From: a virus
Virus record (IMG/VR): IMGVR_UViG_3300044971_004534
Reading direction: 5' to 3' (one strand)
DNA length: 64,000 nt
Shown here: piece by piece, positions 26,886 through 36,144 of the stretch
Position numbering within the stretch: the first letter of the stretch is position 1
How the letters are laid out: every line of letters begins with the position of its first letter
Notes under the pieces: generated by a model
Databases searched by the model: none
The model's input: the letters and a program-made list of their open reading frames with translations, nothing else
Told to the model about the DNA's origin: nothing
Translations under genes and position numbers: made by a program

Positions 26886-27140
26886 ATGATGATTTATAAG
26901 AGAGTTGTTTCAACGAAGCGCCACACTGTCGGTTACATGATTACTGGAGTTGGCCAGGTTTCTCGTCGCGAGGCAGTCCGCCTTGCTAAGGCTGGCAAGA
27001 TCAAGGGTGTTCGCGTTGCGCGTAGCCCACAGGGTGAGTATATCACCAGCAGCACTTCTCGCAATCTTTACAGTTTGCCAACTGTAGTTTCCAATCGAAG
27101 CGAGACACGTCGTCCGGTCGCAGCTGGCCGTCGTCGCTGA
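26886..27140 (+). CDS. small basic protein (possibly DUF3892-like), likely highly expressed
   Basis: Strongest SD in the region (AAAAGGAGAAAAA). 84 aa, Arg/Lys-rich. Arg is encoded almost only by CGT/CGC, whereas the rest of the window mostly uses AGA. Followed by the only clear terminator. Confidence 0.65.
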   Translation: MMIYKRVVSTKRHTVGYMITGVGQVSRREAVRLAKAGKIKGVRVARSPQGEYITSSTSRNLYSLPTVVSNRSETRRPVAAGRRR

Positions 27141-27161
27141 TTGTTTAGGTGCTTTTGCCGA

Positions 27162-27200
27162 CATAGTGGGAGAGGCTAGTCCTCTCCCACTATGTTTTTA
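27162..27200 (+). terminator. rho-independent terminator
   Basis: Perfect 14-bp stem: CATAGTGGGAGAGG, loop CTAGT, CCTCTCCCACTATG. It is followed by TTTTTATTT. Confidence 0.8.
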
Positions 27201-28100
27201 TTTAAAGCACATTCTATACACAAAGACATTCGTAAGGCTATTTCTTGCAAATTTGACCAAATAGAATTGGCAAGTTTGTTTTATGGAAGTATTGAAAATG
27301 AATTCATCAAAAATTTAGCGTCATATAAAAATACAGATGAAGAATATATTTTATATAAAAAAATTAACATCATAAATAATAATGTTTTTTCAGAGCAAGA
27401 AAGAAATAATTTGTACTTTTTTGCCAAGGTTAGAAATATACTGTCTGCTTACAAAATGAATGGGATTTCCATATTCTCTCATGTATTTTTGCACATGTTT
27501 GAATTTAAAAATCAGCTAGAAATTGCTGATCAAATATGGAATATGGAAGTAATTAAAAATTCTAAAAATCAACATTTCTATATTCAGTATCTATTTTGGG
27601 AATTATCTTTATCAGGGGGTCAAGAAGTATTGACTCAAGTTTCACGAAAAAGACTATTTGATTTTTATGACTTAAATTACAAAATATCAAGTTTTGAAAA
27701 AGATTTTATTAAAGTTTATGGTCATTTAATAAATGAAAAAAAACTAGATAACAGTTTTATAAAAAAATATATACTCGGTTCTCAAAAAGATTTTGAAGCA
27801 AATATGAATTTAAATATTGATAAACTTGGATCTTGTTTTTCTATGTTTGATGACATGATGCTTTTGTTAATGTTATTTCATTTAGAAAAAGATAATATAA
27901 TGTCTTCAGTAAACGGCTCTATGATGATACACAAAAATTTTATTGATAATAAAAGAACTATAAAAAGTAAAGTTGCAGATACTAAAAAAGTAATCAATGA
28001 ATTAATTTCTGAAATTTCTTATGGTAATCATGAATTAAAAAGATGTTCAGATAAAGAAGTTTATAAAGTATACAGGAGTATGTGTTATGGCAAAATGTGA
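27192..28100 (+). CDS. hypothetical protein (very AT-rich ORF)
   Basis: 302-aa Asn/Lys/Ile/Phe-rich ORF. Its ATG lies inside the 3' arm of the terminator stem, so the true start may be downstream. Confidence 0.45.
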   Translation: MFLFKAHSIHKDIRKAISCKFDQIELASLFYGSIENEFIKNLASYKNTDEEYILYKKINIINNNVFSEQERNNLYFFAKVRNILSAYKMNGISIFSHVFLHMFEFKNQLEIADQIWNMEVIKNSKNQHFYIQYLFWELSLSGGQEVLTQVSRKRLFDFYDLNYKISSFEKDFIKVYGHLINEKKLDNSFIKKYILGSQKDFEANMNLNIDKLGSCFSMFDDMMLLLMLFHLEKDNIMSSVNGSMMIHKNFIDNKRTIKSKVADTKKVINELISEISYGNHELKRCSDKEVYKVYRSMCYGKM

Positions 28101-28515
28101 ATGGATTGAGATGGCAGATGCAAAGAGTATGGCTATTTCTTTAATCAATAAATATGAGGATAAGTTTGGAAAAATTCCATATGAGCGTTTAAGATTTATT
28201 GGAATATTGAATGCAAGACCACCCAAGGAAGGTAATAAGATATGGCATTTTGTTTTTATAGCAGATCCAGTTAATGAACTTTTGGAGGCAGATTTAGCTG
28301 TTATAATAAATTTTGATTCATGGTCAAGTATGGATGAAAAATCTCAGGCGCTAGTAGTGGCTTCTATGCTTTCATGTATGGAGTGGAAAGATAGAATTGT
28401 TGCTAGAGGTTATGATTTGCATGATTCTAAATCTATGGTGCTAAATTTTGGAGTTGACTACGAAACTAATCCAGATATACCCGATATACTTAATACACAC
28501 CACAACTGGAGGTAA
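28087..28515 (+). CDS. hypothetical protein
   Basis: 142-aa ORF overlapping the upstream gene by 14 nt. No motif. Confidence 0.5.
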   Translation: MAKCEWIEMADAKSMAISLINKYEDKFGKIPYERLRFIGILNARPPKEGNKIWHFVFIADPVNELLEADLAVIINFDSWSSMDEKSQALVVASMLSCMEWKDRIVARGYDLHDSKSMVLNFGVDYETNPDIPDILNTHHNWR

Positions 28516-28517
28516 CA

Positions 28518-28916
28518 ATGATTGAAGTATGGATGAGAGATGAATATGGTCAGGCCAGCATTCAGGGGCGTTTTAAGACAGTTCCTGAGGCATCCAAAAA
28601 GGCTATGGAGGTTTTGGACTCCTTGAATACAGACAATGCCCTTACTTCTGCTGAAAGAGATCGTAACTGGGAGTGTTTTTTACCTCAGTCTAATGATTCA
28701 AATGATCTTCTTTATGGTGGAAAAGTAAGAGGAAGCGTACACTTTTTCTTCAATCCAGATGATGGTTCCAAGATAGAAACCAAGTCTGCAAAAATACTTC
28801 TTGGTAATAGAAATGGCAAGTCTTGGTATGCCAAAAATCACAAGAACGCAGAGATTGCTGTAGTAGACGATCCTAACTTAAATGGCAAGGCTGTACTTTT
28901 CTTTAAGAAGGTGTAA
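28518..28916 (+). CDS. hypothetical protein
   Basis: 132-aa ORF. No motif. Confidence 0.5.
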   Translation: MIEVWMRDEYGQASIQGRFKTVPEASKKAMEVLDSLNTDNALTSAERDRNWECFLPQSNDSNDLLYGGKVRGSVHFFFNPDDGSKIETKSAKILLGNRNGKSWYAKNHKNAEIAVVDDPNLNGKAVLFFKKV

Positions 28917-28922
28917 AATAAA

Positions 28923-29729
28923 ATGAAGGCGGTTATTGCGATTGCTGGATGTAAAAATTCCGGCAAAAGTAGCCTTTGTCGCTACTTAACTTATCTCATA
29001 GCAAGAGTCGATGGATTAATCACCAACGACAGGTTAGCTGGTTCATTTGACAATAGAATGCTAGCGCAGGTGCCTAGAGATGCCTCACAAAAAGTGTACA
29101 TTACAGATAATGGGCGGAATTACACCGAAGCAAAGTTAAAGCGAGACCCAAATGTTGAAACTTTAAGTTTTGCTGGACCTATTAAAGAGTTTTGTGTTAA
29201 TGTGCTGAATCTTGATCAAAATAGCGTGTACGGTACTGACGAGCAGAAGAATTCTGTAACTCAATATGTATGGGAGAATATGCCAGATAGCATTAGGGGT
29301 GCATACGGATCTGAAAAATCTGGATCTATGACATCTAGGGAAATTATGCAAGTCTTGGGTACTGACATATTTAGAAATTATTTTTCACAGTCAATATGGA
29401 TCGATTGCTTGATTAATAAAGTTAAAAAATCAGACGCAGACGTTATATTTGTAGACGATTTAAGATTTAATAATGAGGCATCTGCTTTGATGAAAGAAGA
29501 TGCCATGATAGTTCACCTCCAGAGAATGTGGGGGCAGGGCGGTTCTCATAAAAGTGAGAACGGTTTAGATTTAAGTTTATTCACGGGATACCCTCATTTT
29601 TACAGCATTCCAGACGTAGATATTATGTCGAAAAATGATATAGCTTTTCGTGCAACAAGAAAGTACTTTGAATATGTCATACGTAAACAAGACGAGCTTA
29701 GCGAACAAGTACAGACCCAAACTGCTTGA
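28923..29729 (+). CDS. P-loop kinase, deoxynucleoside-monophosphate kinase-like
   Basis: N-terminal P-loop IAGCKNSGKSSL. Also FAGPIKEF, REIMQVLGTDIFRN and VIFVDDLRFNNEA, which resemble phage dNMP kinase family blocks. Confidence 0.55.
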   Translation: MKAVIAIAGCKNSGKSSLCRYLTYLIARVDGLITNDRLAGSFDNRMLAQVPRDASQKVYITDNGRNYTEAKLKRDPNVETLSFAGPIKEFCVNVLNLDQNSVYGTDEQKNSVTQYVWENMPDSIRGAYGSEKSGSMTSREIMQVLGTDIFRNYFSQSIWIDCLINKVKKSDADVIFVDDLRFNNEASALMKEDAMIVHLQRMWGQGGSHKSENGLDLSLFTGYPHFYSIPDVDIMSKNDIAFRATRKYFEYVIRKQDELSEQVQTQTA

Positions 29730-30804
29730 TGATGTGGTTGGGCAGGATCATGTTAAAGCGTATTTTAAAAATGCAATAAATAAAAATATGCTTCATCATG
29801 CATATCTGTTTACTGGATCTTCCGGTACAGGTAAGACGACTATTGCCAGAATTATAGCGGCAGCTGTTAATAATGAATCTGGTCAATCTTTAACGCCAGA
29901 CATGAAAGACGGCAGCTTGTCTTTAAAGATTGTAGAGGGCATGTGTAACGACATTAGAGAAATTGATGCTGCGTCAAACAGAAGCATTGATGACATAAGA
30001 AACTTACGGCAGGAAATCAAATACGCACCATTTGAGTGCAGAAAAAGATTTGTCATTATTGATGAAGCTCACGGTCTCACTGGTCAGGCTATTGAGGCTG
30101 CTTTAAAGATGATAGAAGAGCCACCAAGTCATACTATATTTATTTTTTGCACTACAGAAGTTGATAAGTTAAAAGAAACTATTATCAACAGATGTATTGA
30201 CTTTGTTTTTAAACCTGTTTCTAACCAAATGATATCTTCTCATTTAGCAAAAATTTGCTCTCTGGAAAGTCAAAAAGCTGACCAAGATGCTTTAGCAATT
30301 ATTGCTGATCATAGTGATGGATGTGTAAGAAAGTCTTTGCAGCTTTTGGAGAAAATTATTACTTGTTCTGATGGTCATATATCAAAAGATGAAGTTAAAA
30401 AATATCTTATGATAGTTGATGAAGATCAGTTTGTTGAAATATTTAATTGCATTATCAAGAAAGATGCTGCTGGATGCATTGAAAAGTCATTGAGGTTAGC
30501 AAATGACGGAATTACTTATGAAAACAATTTAAAAAACATGGCTAGAATTATAAGATATATACTTCTTGCTAAAACTTGTCCAAATACAAATGACATTATT
30601 GACATTAATCCTAAAACTAAATTTTATATAAAGCAAATTTTGTCGAAAATAAGTATTGAAAGCTTAATTGAAATTGTTGGTTTTATTAAAGAAGCTAGAG
30701 AAGAAATGTCACAGGGAATTATACCAGCATTAGCATTTGAAACTTTCGTTGTAAAATCTATTATATCATACCATAAAAATCATGTCAAAAAAGAAAGTAA
30801 ATAA
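29674..30804 (+). CDS. dnaX: DNA polymerase III gamma/tau-like clamp-loader ATPase (gamma-length)
   Basis: Motifs: KYRPKLLDDVVGQDHV, Walker A GSSGTGKTTIARIIA, Walker B FVIIDEAH, SRC-type motif TIINRC. Lacks tau-specific C-terminal domains. The first ATG is at 29674; the ORF track starts at a GTG at 29650. Confidence 0.85.
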   Translation: MSYVNKTSLANKYRPKLLDDVVGQDHVKAYFKNAINKNMLHHAYLFTGSSGTGKTTIARIIAAAVNNESGQSLTPDMKDGSLSLKIVEGMCNDIREIDAASNRSIDDIRNLRQEIKYAPFECRKRFVIIDEAHGLTGQAIEAALKMIEEPPSHTIFIFCTTEVDKLKETIINRCIDFVFKPVSNQMISSHLAKICSLESQKADQDALAIIADHSDGCVRKSLQLLEKIITCSDGHISKDEVKKYLMIVDEDQFVEIFNCIIKKDAAGCIEKSLRLANDGITYENNLKNMARIIRYILLAKTCPNTNDIIDINPKTKFYIKQILSKISIESLIEIVGFIKEAREEMSQGIIPALAFETFVVKSIISYHKNHVKKESK

Positions 30805-31552
30805 AAAAATAAAAAAGACTTCTACTAAGAAGTCTGTTTCAAAGAAAGCTGATAAGGTTGATGCTGTTAAAAAGCCAAGCGTAGCAAGGCCTGGCTCAAT
30901 CGCAGAAATGGTTATAAAGCTTCAGAAAGAAAGCACCAAGCAAGGGCAAGACATTATCTTCAATGAAATTATTGAAAAGATAGATCCGCTTATTAAAAGA
31001 ATAGTAGGAAAATTTAATATACCTGGATATGAAAGTTCTGACTTATACCAAGAAGCTTTGTATGCGGTAAGGTTTAAGGCAATATCGGATTTTGATGTAA
31101 GTAGAATTATTGGAGACGATTTTGTAGGTTTTGAAAAATTTGCAGCGTTATGTGTAAAGAGACATCTGTCTACATTATTAAAATGCAGTTTTCAGAATAA
31201 AAAAGCAGCTTTAAATACATCTGTAAGTTTTAATGCTCTTGCTTCAGAAGACGAAGAAAGTTTTGATATGAGTTCTTTAATGAACTCTGAAGAAACTCCA
31301 CAGTCAATTGCAAGTGAAAATCAAGAAATATTTCGCTCTATAATTTCTCATCTTATGGAGCATTTGTCAGACTTTGAAAAAAAGGTGTTGGCTTTATATG
31401 CACAGAGGTTTAGCTATGAGGAAATTGCCGATAAACTCAATAGAAATGGAGACGGCAAAAAAGTCAACATAAAGGGCGTGGATAATGCTCTTAGTAGAAT
31501 AAAGATTAAGGCGAAGCAAGTGGTTGACGAGTTAGGAATTGAGCCGTTTTAA
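30782..31552 (+). CDS. sigma-70-family RNA polymerase sigma factor
   Basis: Lys-rich N-terminus. Region 2-like DLYQEALYAVRFKAISDFD. Region 4 HTH: LSDFEKKVLALYAQRFSYEEIADKLN...VDNALSRIKIKAK. Confidence 0.7.
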   Translation: MSKKKVNKKIKKTSTKKSVSKKADKVDAVKKPSVARPGSIAEMVIKLQKESTKQGQDIIFNEIIEKIDPLIKRIVGKFNIPGYESSDLYQEALYAVRFKAISDFDVSRIIGDDFVGFEKFAALCVKRHLSTLLKCSFQNKKAALNTSVSFNALASEDEESFDMSSLMNSEETPQSIASENQEIFRSIISHLMEHLSDFEKKVLALYAQRFSYEEIADKLNRNGDGKKVNIKGVDNALSRIKIKAKQVVDELGIEPF

Positions 31553-31556
31553 TTAG

Positions 31557-32699
31557 ATGAATATATTTGATGTAGCAAAAGCGCTTTCTGGAATATCTCA
31601 AAAACTAATACCTAAAGATGTCCCTAGTCATGGACTTCTTTCACTTATTATCAAAGAAAGCCGCACTTTTTTAGCAGTTTATACTGACAAGTTTTCTTGC
31701 CTTGTTCCCATAGATATTAAACACAATGCTCCAGCTGATTTAGAGTGCATGGTTGATGGAAGACTTTTGTCTAAATTTATTAATAAATCTAAATCTACAG
31801 ACGTAGTAGTTGAATTTCTATTTAACGTCGAGGGTGTTCCGTCTTCTATAAAAATATCTAGTGGGTCTAATACAAACGTTTCAATACCTCTTTCTCAGCC
31901 AGTGAGTTCTATAAAGAACAAAAAGCTATGTAAAGAGTGTGTGGAAATTAACACAGCTTCTTTTGCTTCAGTAATTAAGAGTACTGTATTTGCTGGATCT
32001 GACATTGATGCAGAAAGGCCGTATTACTATGCTCTTATAGGATTTGAGGACAAGCATATGTCGTGTATATGCGGAAACGGTTCATTTTTTGCTTACACAA
32101 AATGTGAAGCTATGCAGAACGCCGTCAATCAAGCGTCTTGCATTTTGCCCATCAACGTAGCAAACTCTTTAATGCCAGTACTTGACCTTTGTGAAGATGA
32201 AAACATTAAGTTTAGTTTTGACGATCACAGTATAGTAATTCAGTCTTCTTGTATGAAATTTTATATAGCTGTTGATAGAAAAGCTATAAATTGGCCAGAT
32301 GCATCTTCTATACTTAATAGAAATACCGGCTCAGAATATACTGTAAAAACTTCTCACTTAAAAGAGATATGTTCAAATATAGACTTGGCTTGTGAGTCTT
32401 ATGACAATAAAAACGAAACTCTAAAGTGCAAAGTAACTACTTTTAAAAATAGCATTAATTTGCTCGTTGATGGATCTTGCAAGGTTGAGTCATCTTTAGA
32501 TGTTTCTTCCGAAGAAGAAGATAGCAAAACCTTGACTATAGATGCTGTGTGCATTCCAATGTCAATGAAGTCAAAAATGTTAGGAGAAGACATTATCATA
32601 AATATTGATTCATCTAATTTTAAAGGTAAAAGCTCTCCGTTACTATTGAGCTCAAGTGTAAATAATTGTGTATATAAAACTTTCTTTGCAGTATCATGA
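31557..32699 (+). CDS. dnaN: putative DNA polymerase III beta sliding clamp
   Basis: 380 aa, the size of DnaN. The N-terminal pattern is DnaN-like (short helix, then hydrophobic strand alternation LLSLIIKESRTFLAVYTDKFSCLVPI). Close to the dnaX-like gene. Confidence 0.5.
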   Translation: MNIFDVAKALSGISQKLIPKDVPSHGLLSLIIKESRTFLAVYTDKFSCLVPIDIKHNAPADLECMVDGRLLSKFINKSKSTDVVVEFLFNVEGVPSSIKISSGSNTNVSIPLSQPVSSIKNKKLCKECVEINTASFASVIKSTVFAGSDIDAERPYYYALIGFEDKHMSCICGNGSFFAYTKCEAMQNAVNQASCILPINVANSLMPVLDLCEDENIKFSFDDHSIVIQSSCMKFYIAVDRKAINWPDASSILNRNTGSEYTVKTSHLKEICSNIDLACESYDNKNETLKCKVTTFKNSINLLVDGSCKVESSLDVSSEEEDSKTLTIDAVCIPMSMKSKMLGEDIIINIDSSNFKGKSSPLLLSSSVNNCVYKTFFAVS

Positions 32700-33616
32700 T
32701 AGTATTAGCTGATGTTCCATTTTTTGATGCGTTTACTCATGCTAAATCTCTTAGCAAGGGTGGTCAGTTATCATATTGGTCTTCTGGCGAGAAAATGCCA
32801 ATTTCAAATTCTGATATATTTGGTTCAGATGACGTATGTGATGTTTGCTTTGTATGCAGTATAAAAAATCTAGATGATGTTGATTCTTGTATATTGCTAA
32901 ATAAGTCATATAAATTTTTATTTTTATGGAACTGTGAATTTGAAAAAGTAAAACAATATTTGACAAAGAAAAACGTAGAATTTAAAAATGTATCTATCCC
33001 TAAATACATAGATTTAAAGAGTAGTATTTCTCAGTCAGCTGAAGTAGATAAAAACATTATGGCTGACTTGATAAAAGATATTGAATTAACTCCTTTGTCA
33101 GAACGCCTACAAAGAGATTCTGTCAGCAGTATATTGCATAAAATTAATGTGACTTACGCACACAAGCAAAGCAATTGCTCTGTTGCGGATTTGACTCTGG
33201 GGGTATCTGCTAGTTCACTAGATATGACAAATGCTTTTTGCAAATCAGAAAATGATTTTATAAATTTTTGTTACTATTACTTTGGCAATAGGAAAGATTT
33301 GCATCCACAGATGTCTCTTTGGATTTACACTGTCTCTAAATTTTTAATGTCTAATGGGGACACTGATCATGCCATTAATAAAAGTAATTTAAATTTTTCT
33401 TCTAAATTGACCGAAATGGTCTATCAAAAATTAAAAGGCACAATTAAACAAGAAGATCATATGTTTTGTTCGCTGTGCTGGCTATATATTTCTAGGATAA
33501 AAACACTTGAATCTTGCATTCTAGCTATTGTGTATATGAGATCTGCAATTGCTGGTAAGGTAAACAAAAAACATTCGATAAATTTAATAAGGAATCTAAA
33601 TGAGCAAAAATCATGA
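32696..33616 (+). CDS. hypothetical protein (possible clamp-loader accessory subunit, by position only)
   Basis: 306-aa ORF with an ATGA junction to the clamp-like gene. No Walker motifs. Confidence 0.4.
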   Translation: MIVLADVPFFDAFTHAKSLSKGGQLSYWSSGEKMPISNSDIFGSDDVCDVCFVCSIKNLDDVDSCILLNKSYKFLFLWNCEFEKVKQYLTKKNVEFKNVSIPKYIDLKSSISQSAEVDKNIMADLIKDIELTPLSERLQRDSVSSILHKINVTYAHKQSNCSVADLTLGVSASSLDMTNAFCKSENDFINFCYYYFGNRKDLHPQMSLWIYTVSKFLMSNGDTDHAINKSNLNFSSKLTEMVYQKLKGTIKQEDHMFCSLCWLYISRIKTLESCILAIVYMRSAIAGKVNKKHSINLIRNLNEQKS

Positions 33617-33953
33617 TAAAAACAACAGTCAGCCACTTGACGACCTTGGCATAAAGAATGATCAAATTATTAATTGTGCTGAAAAAATAGTTGATGAGCT
33701 TTGGAATAGACTTCATAATCCAAATTCAAAAGACATAAATGCTACAGACATACATGCTTATAGTGCAACTCTTTGTAACGTTTGGTCTTTAGTGAGAAAC
33801 ATGATGGAATTCTTAGAAGAAAATTATGATGATGAAATGGCCGGAATGACAGGTGGGGGCTTATCCTCAAAGGACGATGATGACGATGACGACGACGATG
33901 ATGATTTTGACGACGATGATGATTTAGAGTCCGATGTTGACGAAAAGAGATAA
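33600..33953 (+). CDS. hypothetical highly acidic protein with poly-Asp tail
   Basis: 117 aa ending in SKDDDDDDDDDDFDDDDDLESDVDEKR. Confidence 0.5.
   Translation: MSKNHDKNNSQPLDDLGIKNDQIINCAEKIVDELWNRLHNPNSKDINATDIHAYSATLCNVWSLVRNMMEFLEENYDDEMAGMTGGGLSSKDDDDDDDDDDDFDDDDDLESDVDEKR
33873..33920 (+). repeat. GAY-codon (poly-Asp) low-complexity tract
   Basis: Ten Asp codons, one Phe codon and five more Asp codons. Mixed GAC/GAT. Confidence 0.9.
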
Positions 33954-33955
33954 AT

Positions 33956-34171
33956 ATGCTATACAAAAATATAAAACACGCTTCTTCTTCTGATATAGAA
34001 ATAATTAATGAAATAAAAGATGTTAAGTTTGGTGACAGTCACAGTTACTTTTTAATAGCAAAAAAAGATAATTTGTTTATTGTGCAAAGTAAAGATGGCT
34101 ATAATCTAATTGTTGATAGTGGAATAGTAGATTTGCTAAAAGAAAAAGATTTACTCGGAGGTCTAAAATGA
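33956..34171 (+). CDS. hypothetical small protein
   Basis: 71-aa ORF with an ATGA junction downstream. Confidence 0.45.
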   Translation: MLYKNIKHASSSDIEIINEIKDVKFGDSHSYFLIAKKDNLFIVQSKDGYNLIVDSGIVDLLKEKDLLGGLK

Positions 34172-35130
34172 GATTACTCATTACTGGTGCAGCTGGATTT
34201 ATAGGTTCTGCATTATTTAGAGAGTGTGTAATCAACAAGCACAAGTGGGGGGTGGACAGTGTTGTTGGCGTTGATATAGATAGTTGCGCGTGCGATAAGG
34301 CAAGAATAAATCTTGGTACTGATTGGGAAGTTTCTAATACGCATCATCTAATAAACGTAGATTTTTCTAATAATCAAATACTTGACCAAATTGCAGACAA
34401 GATGTTTGACAAAGTTGTGCATTTGGCCGCTTTACCAAGAGTGGCTTATTCTGTAGCGAATCCTCGAAGAACAGACGAGTACAATATAAATAAATCTGTA
34501 GCCCTACTTGAGTCTTGCTTAAAGTCTAATACGCCTATGGTTTTTGCTTCTTCTTCTTCAGTATACGGAGGGGCAAAGAACTTGCCCACGAAAGAGGACG
34601 AGCCGCTCAAGCAAGTTAGTCCCTACGCATTGCAAAAAGCCACTTTTGAAAAGTATCTTGAAATTTATGAGAGTATTTCAAATTATAATAGCATACGACT
34701 TAGATTTTTTAATGTTTATGGTCCAGGTCAAGACGGATCTTCTGCCTATTCTACTGTTTTAGCTGCATGGATGCATAAGATAAAAAATAAACTCCCCATA
34801 GCTATGGAGGGAGATGGCGAGCAAAGACGAGACTTCTGCTATGTAGGAGATGTTGTTAATGCATGTTTGTTGTCTGCTCAAAAGGTAGATACTGTTTCTG
34901 GAGCTTTTAACGTTGCTTGTGGGAATAATTATTCTTGCAATGAACTTTTGGCTTACTTAAAAAGTAAATTTGCAGATGGTATGATTGTTGTAGAAAATAG
35001 ACCACCACGTCCTGGTGATGTCAGGGAAACATTAGCAGATATATCAAAAGCAAAGTCTATACTCGGCTATGCTCCATCTACTCAATTCTGGGATGGTGTT
35101 GATAAAACTGTTGATTGGTGGTTCTGCTAA
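34168..35130 (+). CDS. NAD-dependent sugar-nucleotide epimerase/dehydratase (extended SDR)
   Basis: Rossmann motif ITGAAGFIGSAL, ASSSSVYG, and catalytic YALQK (YxxxK). 320 aa. Confidence 0.8.
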   Translation: MRLLITGAAGFIGSALFRECVINKHKWGVDSVVGVDIDSCACDKARINLGTDWEVSNTHHLINVDFSNNQILDQIADKMFDKVVHLAALPRVAYSVANPRRTDEYNINKSVALLESCLKSNTPMVFASSSSVYGGAKNLPTKEDEPLKQVSPYALQKATFEKYLEIYESISNYNSIRLRFFNVYGPGQDGSSAYSTVLAAWMHKIKNKLPIAMEGDGEQRRDFCYVGDVVNACLLSAQKVDTVSGAFNVACGNNYSCNELLAYLKSKFADGMIVVENRPPRPGDVRETLADISKAKSILGYAPSTQFWDGVDKTVDWWFC

Positions 35131-35693
35131 TGATATTTGTGGGCATAGATCCAGGCATTAGCGGAGGTATTGCTGCTATTGACATAAAAGGTCAGTGCAT
35201 ATTTGTAAAACCCACTCCGTGCATTTCAATAAAGAAGAATAATAAAAAGAAATCTGACTATGACGTTTTTACTATGTCAAATTATCTTAGACAGTTTGTT
35301 GGAAAAGAATCGCATGTGTGTCAAGAGTTAACGCATGCTATGCCTGGCAATGGTGGAGTGTCTATGTACCATTTTGGCAGAGGTCACGGGATATGGGAGG
35401 GTATAGTTGGAGCATTAAGTCTGCCCCACACTTTTTGCACTCCTCAAAAATGGAAAGAGATGTATCCAGAGTTAGCTCAAGAAAAGTTAACTAAAGAAGA
35501 ACGAGCATTAATGTCTGCTTCTCAAGTTTCTTCATGGAAAAGAAAAAAGAAAGCAGAAGCAAAGAAAAAAAGTATTGAATTAGCAAAGCTTTTATTTCCG
35601 TCTATAGCTCATGAAATTAAGCAGGTAAAGCATGATGGTATGGCCGAAGCTTTGTTAATAGCAAATTGGTTAAGGAGTAAACATGGGAAGTGA
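35130..35693 (+). CDS. ruvC: RuvC-like Holliday junction resolvase
   Basis: N-terminal MIFVGIDPGISGGIAAID (catalytic Asp motif) and C-terminal HDGMAEALLIANW, like the RuvC D-x-ADAxAIA motif. TAATG junction. Confidence 0.7.
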   Translation: MIFVGIDPGISGGIAAIDIKGQCIFVKPTPCISIKKNNKKKSDYDVFTMSNYLRQFVGKESHVCQELTHAMPGNGGVSMYHFGRGHGIWEGIVGALSLPHTFCTPQKWKEMYPELAQEKLTKEERALMSASQVSSWKRKKKAEAKKKSIELAKLLFPSIAHEIKQVKHDGMAEALLIANWLRSKHGK

Positions 35694-36144
35694 ATTTGTA
35701 GAGCCAAAGCCTTTTTCAATAGATGAAAATTCTTTAGAAAATATGCTGGTAAATATAGGCAAGGGAAATACTGGTGCTAGTAAGCCTGTGAATGTTGTAG
35801 ATAAGCAGTCGAAGTCAGATGAAAATAAAGAGCTTAATAATTTATATAATATTATATCTGGCCTACCAGACGAACACAAAAAACATTGTATTAGTTTATT
35901 AGAAAAATATGCCATAAAATTTAACATGAACATTGTTTGTAAAAACACTCAATCTATTACTGAAGAACAGTGCTCAATAGGATCTAAAGAAAAAGAGATA
36001 TTATATAATAATTTTTCAATTCAAGGTCCATGGAGTGGTTTAGAAGTAATAATTACAGGAGATAACGGGTTTCCTATTGTTGCAAAAAGTAAAGGGCAAG
36101 AGTGGGATAATTGTTCAAAACATTTTAAAATTAATAAAATATGA
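35683..36144 (+). CDS. hypothetical protein
   Basis: 153-aa ORF. No motif. Confidence 0.5.
   Translation: MGSEFVEPKPFSIDENSLENMLVNIGKGNTGASKPVNVVDKQSKSDENKELNNLYNIISGLPDEHKKHCISLLEKYAIKFNMNIVCKNTQSITEEQCSIGSKEKEILYNNFSIQGPWSGLEVIITGDNGFPIVAKSKGQEWDNCSKHFKINKI

Noticed and set aside
26910-27164. 84-aa minus-strand ORF exactly mirroring the small basic protein gene
   Set aside because: Locally higher GC removes stop codons on the opposite strand. The + strand ORF has a strong SD and a downstream terminator, and the minus ORF has neither.
30784-30804. A-run (GTC AAA AAA GAA) at the end of the dnaX-like gene as a possible tau/gamma-type -1 frameshift site
   Set aside because: It lies 5 codons before the stop. 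The -1 frame hits a stop almost immediately, so a shift would not create a distinct product. The sigma ORF is in the +1 frame and has its own ATG.
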